From assembly GCA_951406725.2 (NCBI GenBank), contig OX597826.1, forward strand, positions 73,656,001 to 73,720,000: a stretch of DNA of 64,000 nucleotides. Reading direction: 5' to 3'. Below, one piece after another: positions 1 through 13,170 of this stretch; the first letter of the stretch is position 1; each line of letters starts with the position of its first letter. A program made the translations under genes and the position numbers. The notes under the pieces were generated by a model. The model was not told the DNA's origin and did not search any database. It saw only the letters and a program-made list of their open reading frames with translations. This DNA is from Octopus vulgaris. Lineage: Eukaryota.

Positions 1-48
<48 letters not shown>

Positions 49-73
49 ATACATCTGTTATATATATATGTGA

Positions 74-422
74 TGGGGGTGGAAATGACAAGTAACAATT
101 TAAGAAGGAATCTAATAAAATGATTCTAAAAATTATATATATAAAAAATATTACCAGTTTTGATGGTGAATCTCGTTTTATCAAATATCAGTAAAAATTT
201 ATAAAAACTTGAAGTAAAAAACAATTCATCTTCTGTCTGGGGGTCACAAACATGTTTTTACTTCAAATGTTTATAGATTTTTACTGATATTTGATAAGAT
301 GAGATTCATCATCGAAACAGGTAATTTTTTTTTTTTTTTTTATAATTTTAAAATCCTTTTTAATTAAATTCCTTCTTAAATTGAAATGTCTTAGATTTAC
401 TTCTATGCTATTTCCACCTCCA
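74..422. repeat. Fold-back element with ~150-nt inverted arms and a degenerate hammerhead-like motif
   Basis: Arms at about 74-223 and 253-422; motif TTGATAA-GATG-n8-CATC-GAAA-CAGG-TA at 291-323. Confidence 0.75.
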
Positions 423-689
423 TTAATAAAAATTTGATTTGTATAAACCTCTAATCTTTAACCAACTATATATATATATATAATATATATACATGCATAC
501 ATATAAGTACATATACAATGCGTGTGCACGTGTGTATGAGACTATATAATCCACTCCATAATATTTACATTTACTGAGGATCTCTATTAAACCCATGGTA
601 TACGATACATAGATTTATTGATGTTATTACCGACTTACACACACGTACATGCACGGACATAGATACACCCACGCATGCATATATACATA

Positions 690-1290
690 CATATATACAT
701 TCGTATATACATGCATGCATACATGCATACATACATACATACATACATACATACATACATACATACGTACGTACGTACGTACGTACATACATACATACAT
801 ACATACATACATACATACATACATCATACATACATACATACATACATACATACATACATACATACATGCATACATACATACATACATACATACATACATA
901 CATACATACATGTACATACATACATACATACATACATACATACATACATACATACGTACATACATACATACATACATACATACATACATACATACATACA
1001 TACATACATACATACATACATACATACATACATACATACATACATACATACATGCATACATACATACATACATACATACATACATACATACATACATACA
1101 TACATACATACATACATACATACATACATACATACGTGCATACATGCATACATGCATACATACATACATACATACATACATACATACATACATACATACA
1201 TACATACATACATACATACATACATACATACGCACACACACACGTACATATATAAACCTACACATAGACACACACACATACACGCACACA
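690..1290. repeat. (TACA)n microsatellite
   Basis: Directly visible; explains the MYVC/HTYI ORFs. Confidence 0.98.
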
Positions 1291-2779
1291 CAGCGTTCCC
1301 AAAGAAACGGACAAATCTGTCGGAAGTTTCTCTGAAACAGAGGAAATATTTGCAATTTAAATCCCTTTTATGTTTTTTAAACAAGAATAAAAGAAAAAAA
1401 ACTTTCATCTGGCGATGAAGTTAACCTATGACGGTGCCTTAATACAAGTACCAGTGATATTCTGTGGTAGAGCCATACATAGACGATAGCCCTTCCTATG
1501 TGCCTGGTTAAAAAATAGCAATTAATTATAGTCTAGATGTATATTTACACTTTACTGGAGTCTGCCTGCTATTACAGATGCTTTCAATAAAGAGGAACTT
1601 TCTTCACTCAACACTTTTATATTTTTATTGTTGCCGCTGCCTCTGTTGTTGCTTTTTGTCTTCATTTTTTAAAGAAAGTATTTAAAACATTTTATTATGT
1701 GTTGTCTTTATATGCATTTATGATTATGTTTGTTAATTTGTATATAAATGTTTGATGTCGTTGTGTCCCGTTCATCGCCACGCGATTTTTTTTATTGAAA
1801 ATATTTTTTAAAAAACTGTCTAACGATTCGTTTTGCGTTTGCCTAAATAAAACTGAATATAATTAACCTGTAAATATCATGAAGGAAAAATGATTATAGA
1901 ATGAAAAATTATTATAAAAGAGGCGATTGATTGTAAAAAAATCAGAAGAGTAGGGTTAAAATACTTTATGGTTACGGTCGGGAAATTTGTAGCGAGGTAT
2001 GATTGGGGGCAATGTAAACGCTTTGAACATCTTCCTAAAAATCTGGGTTTGCACCCTCTAAGCAAATTTCATTCCCGCAGTTATGTGTATGGTATATTAT
2101 AAAAATCTGGAGTGTGGTTACGTTCTTAGTTCAAATCCCGACAGGGAAAAGTCTTGATATTTCGCTTTGGGTCAATAAAATTAGTTCTAGGATAGATTCA
2201 GTCAACTTTATACCCTTATAAAATGTTATTCCCTGTGGGTTGACATATTCCTGTTCGTGAATCACGACATATTACTGTCCGTGCTCTACATCTTATTTCT
2301 GGGTGAGACACATCTTCTTGTCTGTGGCTTACAACATTTTGTTCTTTATTGTGAACAATGGTACCTTCCACGTATCAATCATAGCACCATGTCCTCCCAT
2401 AGAATTGTATTTTCGGTCACACTCCTTTTTCACACCAAGACAAAAAAAAATGTTACACATATTACGCTACTTTTAAAAAAAAATTTTGTCAGGGTCTGAA
2501 ACGAGTTTAACCCTTTTTTTTTTCTCTCAACAACATTCGCAGACCTTTGTTGAAACCATTCTCTGTGCCTCTTTCTAACATTGCAATAGTCAAATCTAAG
2601 CCCTATCTCTCTCCCTCGCCATCCTTCCTTCTCTTAATCCTTACGTATTTCTTCCCCCTTCAGTTTTAAATCAGACTCCAAAATGGTTCTAATTGTTGTT
2701 GTTTGGAGCCTAGTCAGACACGACCGAGTAGACATACGATCGAAACATTTCAGCCACTACTTCACCGTGATTTCTCTAT

Positions 2780-2947
2780 AGGCGCAGGAGTGGCTGTGTG
2801 GTAAGTAGCTTGCTAACCACATGGTTGCGGGTTCAGTCCCACTGCGTGACATCTTGGGCGAGTGTCTTCTGCTATAGCCCCGGGCCGACCAATGCCTTGT
2901 GAGTGGATTTGGTAGACGGAAACTGAAAGAAGCCTGTCGTATATATG

Positions 2948-2980
<33 letters not shown>

Positions 2981-3175
2981 GTGTGTGTCTGTGTTTGTCC
3001 CCCTAGCATTGCTTGACAACCGATGCTGGTGTGTTTACGTCCCCGTCACTTAGCGGTTCGGCAAAAGAGACCGATAGAATAAGTACTGGGCTTACAAAGA
3101 ATAAGTCCCGGGGTCGATTTGCTCGACTAAAGGCGGTGCTCCAGCATGGCCGCAGTCAAATGACTGAAACAAGTA
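2780..3175 (+). mobile_element. tRNA-derived SINE, family A. Other copies: about 9430-9840(-), 20285-20752(-), 27120-27460, 29281-29680, 43770-44130, 51228-51625
   Basis: A-box tggctgtgtggtaag, B-box ggttcagtccc, internal TA/TG microsatellite, shared ccagcatggccgcagtc...gactgaaacaag tail. Confidence 0.85.
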
Positions 3176-3489
3176 GAGTTTCTCTAGAACTAGATTATCA
3201 AATGTATCATTCCATCCTCTGAGAGGGTAGGATGTGATCTGGCTGCTATTTCTAGCTCGTTAACCGAGCAACCATATAAATGCACCCTCGATAGCTCGTT
3301 CGGTGCGAGTATTTCATTGTTTGGAGTTCAACGAAGACAAATGTTAAACATACTCAAATATGTTCAACCAAAGAGCCTCTGCGTGGTTGCTTGACATGCT
3401 AGAAATAGAAAACTAATCTTCCTTAAATCATCTATCGTCCTACAACGAGAAAAACATAGCAGATATCATGTCCTATATACACTGCCTAT

Positions 3490-4775
3490 ATTCTTTTCTA
3501 CTCTAAGCACAAGACCTGAAATTTTGGGGGAGGGGGCCAGTCGATTAGATCGATCTCAGTATGCGACTGGTACTTAATTTATCGATCCTGAAAGGATAAA
3601 CGGCAAAGTCGACTTCGGCGGAATTTGAACTCAGAATGTAAAGACAGACGAAATACCTATTTCTTTACTACCCACAAGGGGCTAAACATAGAGTGGACAA
3701 ACAAGGACAGACAAACGGATTAAGTCGATTAGGTCGATCGAGTACGCAACTGGTACTTAATTTATCGACCCCGAAAGGATGAAAGGCAAAGTCGACCTCG
3801 GCGGAGTTTGAACTCAGAACGTAACGGCAGACGAAATACAGCTACGCATTTCGCCCGGCGTGCTAACGTTTCTGCCAGCTCGCCGCCTTTATTAAAGATG
3901 AAATTGTCATGGCCGGAAGTATAGATTCTGTTCATAAGGAGCTCACCTTGTGTTCAAGTTCCGTTGAATCCACACATTTTTCTTTGCACTCCTTTGCAGT
4001 TTCTGACGTTTGTGAATACTTGTTATACAAGCAATTTCCTATTTGCTACCTGGCGGAACAATAACCACAACAATCTTATGTGCCATATAGAAGCGCACAA
4101 GCGACAGTTAAGTCCGCATTTGGAAGTATTTGGGTGACAGAAGAGGAAACAGTTGCAAATTGTGATTCGGAACCGAGTCGAGAATATTTCCTGCAAAGAA
4201 ACAATCCACAGCCTGAAAACGAGAGAGATCGCCTGGCCTTGGCATAAATTATATTGCGTTAGTACAGTGATGAGCGGTGTGTGTGTCTGTGTGTTGATGT
4301 AAGGGTAACAGTGGCGTGGTGTGTTGGTATATATTTCTTTACTACCCACAAGGGGCTAAACGCAGAGAGGACAAACAAGGACAGACAAACGGATTAAGTC
4401 GAATCCATCGACCCCAGTGCGTAACTGGTACTTAATTTATCGACCTGTAGCCGTATTTCGTCTGTCGTTACGTTGTGAGTTCAAATTCCGCCGAGGTCGA
4501 CTTTGCCTTTCATCCTTTCGGGGTCGATAAATTAAGTACCAGTTCCGCACTGGGGTCGATGTAATCGACTTAATACCTATATCTGTCTTTGTTTGTACCC
4601 TCTATGTTTAGCCCCTTGTAGGTAATAAAGAAATAGGTACTTAATTTATCGACCCCGAAAGGATGGAAGGCAACGTCGACCTCGGCGGAATTTGAACTCA
4701 GAACGTAACGGCAGACGAAATAGGGCTACGCATTTCGCCCGACGTGGTAACGTTTCTGCCAGCTCACCGCCTTAT
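3490..4775 (-). mobile_element. Cluster of SINE family B copies, partly nested in both orientations. Others at about 8410-8625, 13630-13845, 38505-39370, 42350-42780, 45963-46130, 56520-57115, 59565-59710, 62490-63660
   Basis: Recurrent ggcggcgagctggcagaa..gttagca...gagttcaaattccgccgaggtcgactttgcctttcatcc motif. Confidence 0.85.
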
Positions 4776-5225
4776 GCGGTGTGTTGGTATAATAGACACG
4801 GTGGTAGTGTCTCACTACAACGATGGTGCTAATGTCTTGGCGTGTAGGTGATGGTGGTGAGAGCTGCTATATTGGCAGTGGTGGTGGTGGTGGTACAATA
4901 TTGGTAGATTGTGTATAGACGTAGTGAGTTATCCAATAAATCTGATGTTTTCCAATAAATCATGTAATTGAATTAATCCACGCTAGTGAAACGAGTGTAG
5001 TGCTGTTTTAATCTATCCATTTGTTTTTGTTCACACTTACACACATACACATATATGGACGTCAAAGTTAAAGCATGAAGCATCATGTAGAGGTGACTGT
5101 CTTCCTGGGAGAGGATAAACAAGAAGGCTGGAAAAGAAAGAATAAATATCCGTTAGAACTTACAGACTGAGACTGTCGTCTGCTGAAAATGTCGGTATAG
5201 CATGATGAAGAGAGAGGAGGAGGAG

Positions 5226-5267
5226 TGAGTCATTGATTCGCTTATGACGTCATACAGAGAGGAAGTG
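5226..5267 (+). promoter_or_regulatory. Cluster of AP-1 (TGAGTCA 5226-5232), CRE (TGACGTCA 5245-5252) and ETS-like (GGAAGTG 5261-5267) motifs
   Basis: Three consensus motifs within 42 nt, 80-120 nt upstream of the orphan ATG. Confidence 0.5.
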
Positions 5268-5344
5268 ATGTAGGGAAAGGATTGCAACTGCGTGCGATTT
5301 CTATCCAACGTTTATATCCCATACATTGCGACTACTCGACAAAG

Positions 5345-6478
5345 ATGGAGATTCCTGAGATGGAAAACCACGACAGCATGATTTTTACTGTCTCGCCATC
5401 AACGAGCTCCTCAAATTTCACCGACAGTGAAGAGAGCTGCGATATTTTCTCGGCAGCAATGAGCATGAACCACGATCGAAACTTGACGGCTGCAGTGGAG
5501 AGGTGTACCCCGCTGCAGCTTCACCTCTGTCGGGACAGCAACGGTGAAGCAAATATCTTACAACAACAAGAAATGCGTTCACACGCAAGCGACGACAACG
5601 ATTGTCCCTCAATGGTCGGCATAGTTCTACCTCACACCAGTTCACCGACATTCAATGACACTAATTCCATCATGAACCAATCGCCAGTAACGTCCTCGAA
5701 TTCGTCGCAGTTACCTTGCGAATCTTCAAACACCAATGAATCGTTGGAGGACAAAAATCTCAGGGTGGACGCCCGTAAGGTATACGACATGCTGCAGGAG
5801 GAACGTATTGCTAACCTCACGAAACGAAAACACTCTTTCTGGCGCGCTTTAAAAAACTTTCAACTGGCCAAAATAAATATGAACTGGAGCAACCAAGCAG
5901 CTACTGTTTTGAATATTCTTTCAGCCAGTAATGCTCCTTGTGGCGATATATCAGCACTAGCAGAACTAGGGGAGTATCTTATACCCCTCTGCTTCAAGGC
6001 AGAGACTTTGATGCTTCTTCATAAGGTGCAAAAAAGTGCAACGAAATACAAGAAAATTGATGAAAGTATGGAAAAGACGTTCCAGAAGCATGGAAATGGA
6101 GAGTTGTATCGGCGGCTCCTAGAATTATGGCGTGTTGAGACAGTTGCTGAAGAAATCACCTCCTTTATGACATGGAATTCGAAAAAAGAATGGTATACCA
6201 ATGCCTGTGCTTATTTCAATGCCAATCTAAAAGAAAGAGGCAAACATAAAGATGGCTTTTCGTCCAAGCAGAACCACTCCATAGCAATGACTCACAAGAA
6301 TCGTAAAGGACGCATTCTAACTGAAAACTATGAATTAGAAAGCTCTTCAGAATCAGTACGATCAGGTAGAAATCCTCTCTGCAATTCCAGTGATTGTCAG
6401 GCAAAAGAATTTACCGATAGAGGATCTAACGATTCTCCTATAAAGTGCTACTCAAATATTTCTCTCTTATCCTTTTGA
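5345..6478 (+). CDS. Intronless hypothetical protein, 377 aa; Ser/Asn-rich termini around a predicted helical core
   Basis: A 1.13 kb non-repetitive open frame in AT-rich DNA. First ATG in AAGATGG context at 5345; the ORF-track start at 5282 is TTG. Downstream AATAAA near 6935. No family recognised. Confidence 0.7.
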   Translation: MEIPEMENHDSMIFTVSPSTSSSNFTDSEESCDIFSAAMSMNHDRNLTAAVERCTPLQLHLCRDSNGEANILQQQEMRSHASDDNDCPSMVGIVLPHTSSPTFNDTNSIMNQSPVTSSNSSQLPCESSNTNESLEDKNLRVDARKVYDMLQEERIANLTKRKHSFWRALKNFQLAKINMNWSNQAATVLNILSASNAPCGDISALAELGEYLIPLCFKAETLMLLHKVQKSATKYKKIDESMEKTFQKHGNGELYRRLLELWRVETVAEEITSFMTWNSKKEWYTNACAYFNANLKERGKHKDGFSSKQNHSIAMTHKNRKGRILTENYELESSSESVRSGRNPLCNSSDCQAKEFTDRGSNDSPIKCYSNISLLSF

Positions 6479-7657
6479 TCTCAAGATAACATTTCAAACT
6501 GGTTTTTTTCTGCAACGCACGTTGTGAATACAGAATTTAACTAATTAAAGTATTCTTAACAGAAAAAAAAATAATAATAATTACACTAATCTAAGATTGT
6601 TGGAGTTTTTGACTCGAGTATTTCTAGAATGAAAATGGTTAAGCAGTGATAGAAAAGCTACTACCTCGGGGTAACGGGTTCAAGTTATGACTACAAAACT
6701 GTACCGATGAGAAAGAGTAAAAAAACTTCGAGAAGAATGTTGGAGGATTCAGGTTTATTCGCGTTCCTAACCTCTAGCATAATCTTAATACAAGGGTAAA
6801 AAAACTTGTGATTTTCAGAGTGCAAGATATATTTTGGAACTCTGGTTGCAGATAACTGAGTATTCGTTTGCAAATTCTAAAATTGCTTTTCACACTTATA
6901 ATTATATTAGCTTGCTGATTAAAGACAATAATCAATAAATAAGGAAAATATCAATACATATAAATGCATATATTATATACGACAAAAATACTATATTACT
7001 GAGATTTGTTTGAAATTATTGAATGTGTAACTATGGATATATCCTTATGGTATAAATATGGAATTGATATTAAGGTTTTTAGCTTTACATGGTTAAAAAT
7101 AACACTGTTTCTATAATCAGAACCAGATTTAACTGTACAAGCTGTATCGACGAACTGAAACATCTTATAATACCACAAATGGCCACTCAAACAACAATCA
7201 TTATTGATACTAAAGTATTGATATTACATCGAGGTTTTCCACAAAACTTCGATATAATAATGAGAGAAATGTTGCTGTTATTGTGATATTACCGTGATTG
7301 TTGAATAGGTTTTGTACTTTTAGAAAGTTAATTATGCTCAGCACTGCACGACTTATCAGTTAAAATATTACTGTCACTAATAACAATGAATTCTATCTAA
7401 TCTCTCTGTCTTATACTATCAGTTATATCAATTATATTATTAACAAAAGACACCAGACGACAGAAGGAAGAATGAAGTTGACGGATGTTGCTGAAAGCAA
7501 ATAAATTCAATGAATTTTAATCGATATAGTTATGTTACTCTTTTACTGATTTCGCTCATATCGGTACCCCACTGTGGAGTACAGCCTATAGGGAGGGAAG
7601 GGTCTTTAATCGATCATATTGGTTGTAAGAGAATTCTTTAGTTTCAAGTATGACAAG

Positions 7658-7901
7658 TGTTAAGCTTGTGTCGGTTGATATCCTGACGTCATTCTCGGCA
7701 GTTTACGGAAAATTTTATCATTTTTTTTTCCATATATTTCTGTGTTCGGCAATGTCTTTCAAATGCTGGAAATTGCCGAACACGCGCTCGCGCGCACAAA
7801 TATATTTTCAAAAATTTAGTAATTTTCCCGTAAACTACCGAGAATGACGTGTCATGGAGTCGAGGAAATAAGCTGGTACGATTTTGATGCCATACTTAAC
7901 A
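7658..7901. mobile_element. MITE-like element with long inverted arms
   Basis: acgtcattctcggcagtttacggaaaatt versus aattttcccgtaaactaccgagaatgacgt; outer gtgttaag/cttaacac. Confidence 0.6.
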
Positions 7902-10601
7902 CGAAAAAATGCCGGTTATCAGTACTTCAGTCTGGTGCTTATCTTACTGAATATCTATCAAATGGCTGAGTTTATATTTTTTGTGTAAAGTGATGTACTT
8001 CGATGAGCCAGAACCATCGAGAGAACTTCTTCGTAGCCTCCTCACCCGCAAGAAACATCAGCCGAATCTCCTTTCGATCACACACACACCACGACTACAT
8101 ACAGTTCGGTCCCCAACTCCTCTTGAACCATAGAATACCTCCAATCAATTGACAGGTCGACCCCTCCTCCAGTTTTATGCTAACTATTCCTGATAGCAAA
8201 AGAGGTCGATAGAATAAGTACCAGACTTTAAAAATAACTATTGAGGTCGATTCATTCGATTAAATGATTGAAACAAGTAAAAGATGGGAGTTAAGTGCCT
8301 TCTACATTGTAGAGATTACGATTTTATCGGAATTTCACGTGCCAACAAAAAATGGTGGACGCGCAGTCATGCATACTGACATTTATTACGTAATATTCTT
8401 TCTAAATTAAGGCGGCGAGCTGGCAGAAACGTTAGCACGCCGGGTGAAATGCTTAGTGATATTTCGTCTGTCTTTACGTTCTGAGTTCAAATTCCGCAGA
8501 GGTCGACTTTGGCTTTCATCATTTCGGGGTCGATAAATTAAGTACCAGTTGCGTACTTGGGTCGAGCTAATTAACTGGCCCCTCCCCCCAAAATGTCTGG
8601 ATTTGTGCCTAGAGTAGAAAAGAATATTTTTTCTAAGTTCCATTTTGTAGATATATGCCATGGGTAATACTTTGGCGTGTGATCTAGAACTTAAAGGGCG
8701 ACTACTTTTTAGTTAGCTTTTGAATTTCTAGAATCCCTTAAGATGTTGGCTAAAGATTTTTTACAATAAATTCTTTTGTACATACTTAGCATTGTAAATC
8801 AATTTTTTCAAAATTCTTACTATTTTAATAATAACAAGAACACTCAGAGAGCGCAAACCTCCACCAAGGCAACACCAACGTCCCCACAACGATTAACCAG
8901 AGATGATTTTTAAAATGAGAATATCTGAAATAAACTCGACTGCTCTCACAAACGGGAATACTAAAAATGAACCCGACCGCTCTCAAAAATTAAGTAAAAA
9001 AAAAAAAAACAGGAAAAATAATCTAGAATCCTTATCCAGTACCGATCCCAAATTATAATCAGTTCGTGTCAGTCATGAGGCCAAACATCCCTGAAAGTTT
9101 CATTCGAATCCATCAAGCGGTTCTTAAGATATCTTGTTCACAGACAAACAAACAAACAAATGCGACTGAAAACAATGACGAAGTCGGAGGTAACAATATA
9201 ATAATTCAAATAAAGCGCGTAGATCACACAAGTTTGGCATCCGCGTGTTTTGCAACGTAAAGAAACTAAAAGCTAACCTAAATTAATCACCGTTGAAGTT
9301 GTAGATCACACGCCAAAATAGCACCTGTATAAATTACTTTTATTTGTGTGGGGTTTTTTTTTTTTTCACGCTAAATTCTGATAAAATCAGAATCTATTCC
9401 ATCCGAAAGGTATTCTTTTCTTTATCTTTTCTTTGACTTGTTTCAGTTGTTAGACTGCGGCCATGCTGGGGCAGCGCCTTGAAGAATTTTAGTCATACGT
9501 ATCGACCACAATACTTTATTTTATTTATTTATTTATTTATTGTAAAGCCTGGTACTTAATCTATCGGTAACTTTTGCCGCACCGCTTGGTTAGGGGGACA
9601 TAAACACAGTAACACTGATTGTCAAGCGGTGGTGGGGGAACAAACACATACACACACACATAAATATATAAATATATATATATACAACGGTCTCCTTTCA
9701 GTTTCTGTCAACGAAATCGACTCACAAGGTTTTAGTCGGATCGAGGTATAGTAGAAGACATTTATCCAAGATGCCACACAGTGGGACTGAACCCAAGACC
9801 ATGTGGTTGAGAAGCAAGCTTCTTACCACACAGTCACGCCTGAGCCAATTTGGAGAAGATTTCATTAAAATATATCCACTTTCTGAAAATTATGAGAAAA
9901 GAAAGTTGGTGGTGGGTACAGTTGTGTAGGTACGTTCCATTGGATTCCAGTTCAATACCTTATCGCTTCAGTTATCTCGTTCCCCCGTGATTGTTGAAAT
10001 GCAACATTAAGGCCGAGGGTCACTGCATTAAAAATTACTGGAATAACAAAGAAACCAAGCTTGTGGTTACCTTTTCCTGGTGTGTTAATATTTATTGTAA
10101 TTTGTTAGTGAGATAACAGCCATGATGTTTTATCAGGAAACTACGTAGGAACAGTTTATATTGTTCGTCCTCACAACCTAAAGTCTTTTGACACCAACTC
10201 AAGATATCATACAGTAATAAGACAAATTCAGACAACCTTTAAGTACCAAACTTTTCAAAAGAAAAACTAAAGGCACTGGGGTTGATCTGTTCGGCTAAAA
10301 TAAAATTTTAAAAAGAATCTTCGAGCGGTGCCCCAGCCTGGCCGCAACCCAATAACTGAAACAAGTAAACGATAATAGGTATCAAAGAAAGGTTACGATG
10401 CATGGGGTTCATGTCTTTGAAACTTAAGAATCATTCCAACATCAACAAGAAGTGACGTTTCTGTAGGATTCGTTATACTTTTTACTTTAATCTATATATA
10501 TAATGAAATCATTGTATACAGTGCTCAGGTGCACCACAAGACAACACGTTTGCAGTTCAAGAAACTGAAATCTATAAACTTTCAAGACGAGACCAAATTA
10601 A

Positions 10602-11176
10602 CCCTTTCAGCCCTGACCACCTGAATCTTATTTTACCATGTATCTGGCACTCCACCGGGGGGGACACTTTTTGGTTCTCTCACCCACATTAAAATATCGG
10701 GTTATCTCCCCCACGTTTTTATGAGAAATATCGGTACTTTTGGTTATCTCCCTCAACTAAAAAGAATTGTTTAACCCTTAATAAAGCAAAACAAAAAAGT
10801 GAAGCGATGAAACCACGTATTGAATCTGATAATATTTTTATAACAAATCATACAAAACTGGAAAGATTAATAAACACGAAAACTGAAATAATTAAACATC
10901 TTACGGAATCTGATAAGATCTTTATAACAAATCATACCATTCCTATTGAAGAGGCCAAACGTCAACAATGTCTTGAAGTATTGAATCAAAAGGATCTATC
11001 TCCTTTAATTCAAACTCTTGTCGCCACATAAACTCAGGTTTTAGTGGAAATTAATCCAGATTTTAATGGCAAAGTTTTAATGGGGGTGAAATAACCAAAA
11101 AGTACCCTTCACCGGTGCTACGGTATAGAGAAAAATAAGCCATCCGCCGATAAACTGGTGTTACGGGCTCAAAGGG
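10602..11176. mobile_element. piggyBac-type non-autonomous element
   Basis: TTAA-CCCTTTCAGCCC ... GGGCTCAAAGGG-TTAA. Confidence 0.75.
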
Positions 11177-12773
11177 TTAATATCCATTAATTCATATATC
11201 TCTGAATGATATTATGTGAAGGCGCGTGGCTTAGTGGCTAAGGTATTGGGCTCTTGATCTTAAGGTCGCGTGTTCGATTCCCAGTGGCATGTCGTGTCCT
11301 TGAGCAAGACACTTTATTTCATGTTGCTCCAGTTCATTCACCTCACAAAAATTAGTTTTACCCGTATTTCAAAGAGGACAGCCTTGTCAAATTCTGTGCC
11401 ACACTGAATCTCCCGACCACTCAGTGGAGTGCTCAACCACTTGCACGATAACTTCACGCGCTGGCTGTTCCATTGGTCGGATTGACTGGAACCCTCGTCG
11501 TAGTAACCGACGGAGTGCCACCTTTTTTTTTTACGGACGATGTTGCGTGTAATGAAACAGCCTCTCCCAGGATGTCATTAAGATAATGCCTTCCTACGTG
11601 ATATGACGTTGTTGCTAAAACAATGTACAGGACCATGTATTTGTCCCAGAGCAAGAAAAACTGATCCGGGACAAAAGAATATTGGCGGAATATTCCCATC
11701 AATTTTTTTTTTCTTTGGTACCTTATAATTTAACACACTCACCGGTAAAATTTCCACTTCTTCCTCTTTTATTTTTCTAAAATTTTCGTTGTGTGTGGAA
11801 ATTTTACCGGTGAGTGTGTTAAATTATAAAGGCACCAAAAGAGAATGGCTCTCCCCCGACACAACAGAATATGCTTCAACACACGAACTCACATCAATAT
11901 TCCACTAAATGCTTATACTCAGGTTTCAAGTAGTTAAGAGAGAAAAAAGCCTCCCAGCTGTTGTGAAGGTCAGCTGCACAGCCGATGAACATTTGAAAAA
12001 AAATCAGTGAGAACCCCAGGGACATGCTCTGCGTGAAAATTCAGTACTAAAGTCATATATGGTATAGTGAGCCCCAAAAAATCATGATTGCAACTGACGG
12101 GAGAAACATTAGCGGAATAATGGACCAAGGGAGACAACCCTGGAATTTTAATTAAATGCGGACATTTTAGTGGGAAATAAATCCGATCTTTCCTCTCAGA
12201 TTATTCGTTCGTACTTGAGATTATCGGTGGACTTGCGTATATTAATAAATATTCAATAATCTTTTAAAGGTTGGGTTTCCTTGAAAAAGAAAAGACCACC
12301 AAATATTGATCCTACAAAATAAGAGAAATAGGAAAGCTTTCGCTTAATATTCAACATGTTGATGTCTAAATTCTGATAGCTTTTGTTCTCATCGTGAGAC
12401 AACAGCCTTTTCTTTGCAGGAAAAATTCAAAGAATTTATTTAAAAAAGAAAAAGAAAACTATCATACATACGTCTATAATTACATATGGATCAAGTCATG
12501 CGCATCGTGTCTGGTCTATATTGTGTAGGACAATATTATGAGAAAGAACAGTAGCCCTTGGTGTGGATCAGGTTATAACGAAATCCAATACAGATTGTTT
12601 AAAGTACATATTACAATCGCAGCAGATATACTGTATCTCACAAACAAAAGACTCCTTTTGTCACACAGTCCAGCTCATAGCTTCATGACGTTTTCTCCTT
12701 GTGACATTTTTCTCAAAGCTGTTTCTGGTGTTACCCTTCGCTAAAGACGCGAGGTTTAAGGTTTAGATTAAGA

Positions 12774-13170
12774 CTAGCAGTATCGCCCGGCGTTGCTCGG
12801 GCTTGTTTTCTTTTCGACCCTTTAGAATTGGAATATTTGAAAAATAAAAATTTCGCATTATGTAGCTTGTTATTCTCTTTAAGTGAACATTTTTCTGGTT
12901 GAAATACACCGAAAAATGGCGACACAGCAGTCAAAAAATCGTTAAAAATAGGGATTTTCATAGAAAAAAAAGCATCTTTTTGATGTAAATAATTTTTGGT
13001 CTTAACATGGTCCGATTTGAATTTTATCTTCTACGGAATGAAGAGCAAGCCTTCTTCTTTCATACTCTCGATTTTGGTCAACTTGCGCCGCAGGGTCTCG
13101 GAGGAGATAGTGTTAGTTGAAGGCTACCAAACCTGCCACACACAGACAACTTCAGCTTTATAGAGAGAGA
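12774..13170 (-). mobile_element. Non-autonomous Helitron-like element, same family as 28119-28512
   Basis: actagcagtatcgcccggcgttgctcggg terminus; nearly identical to the 28.1 kb copy in reverse. Confidence 0.8.

Noticed and set aside
571-1418. Long ORFs in six frames (MYVC/HTYI repeats); likewise at 15195-15747, 37002-37612, 45185-45989 and 53338-53749
   Set aside because: They are translations of stop-free microsatellites, not proteins.
5282-5344. N-terminal extension of the 398-aa ORF
   Set aside because: It starts at TTG; the first ATG is at 5345.
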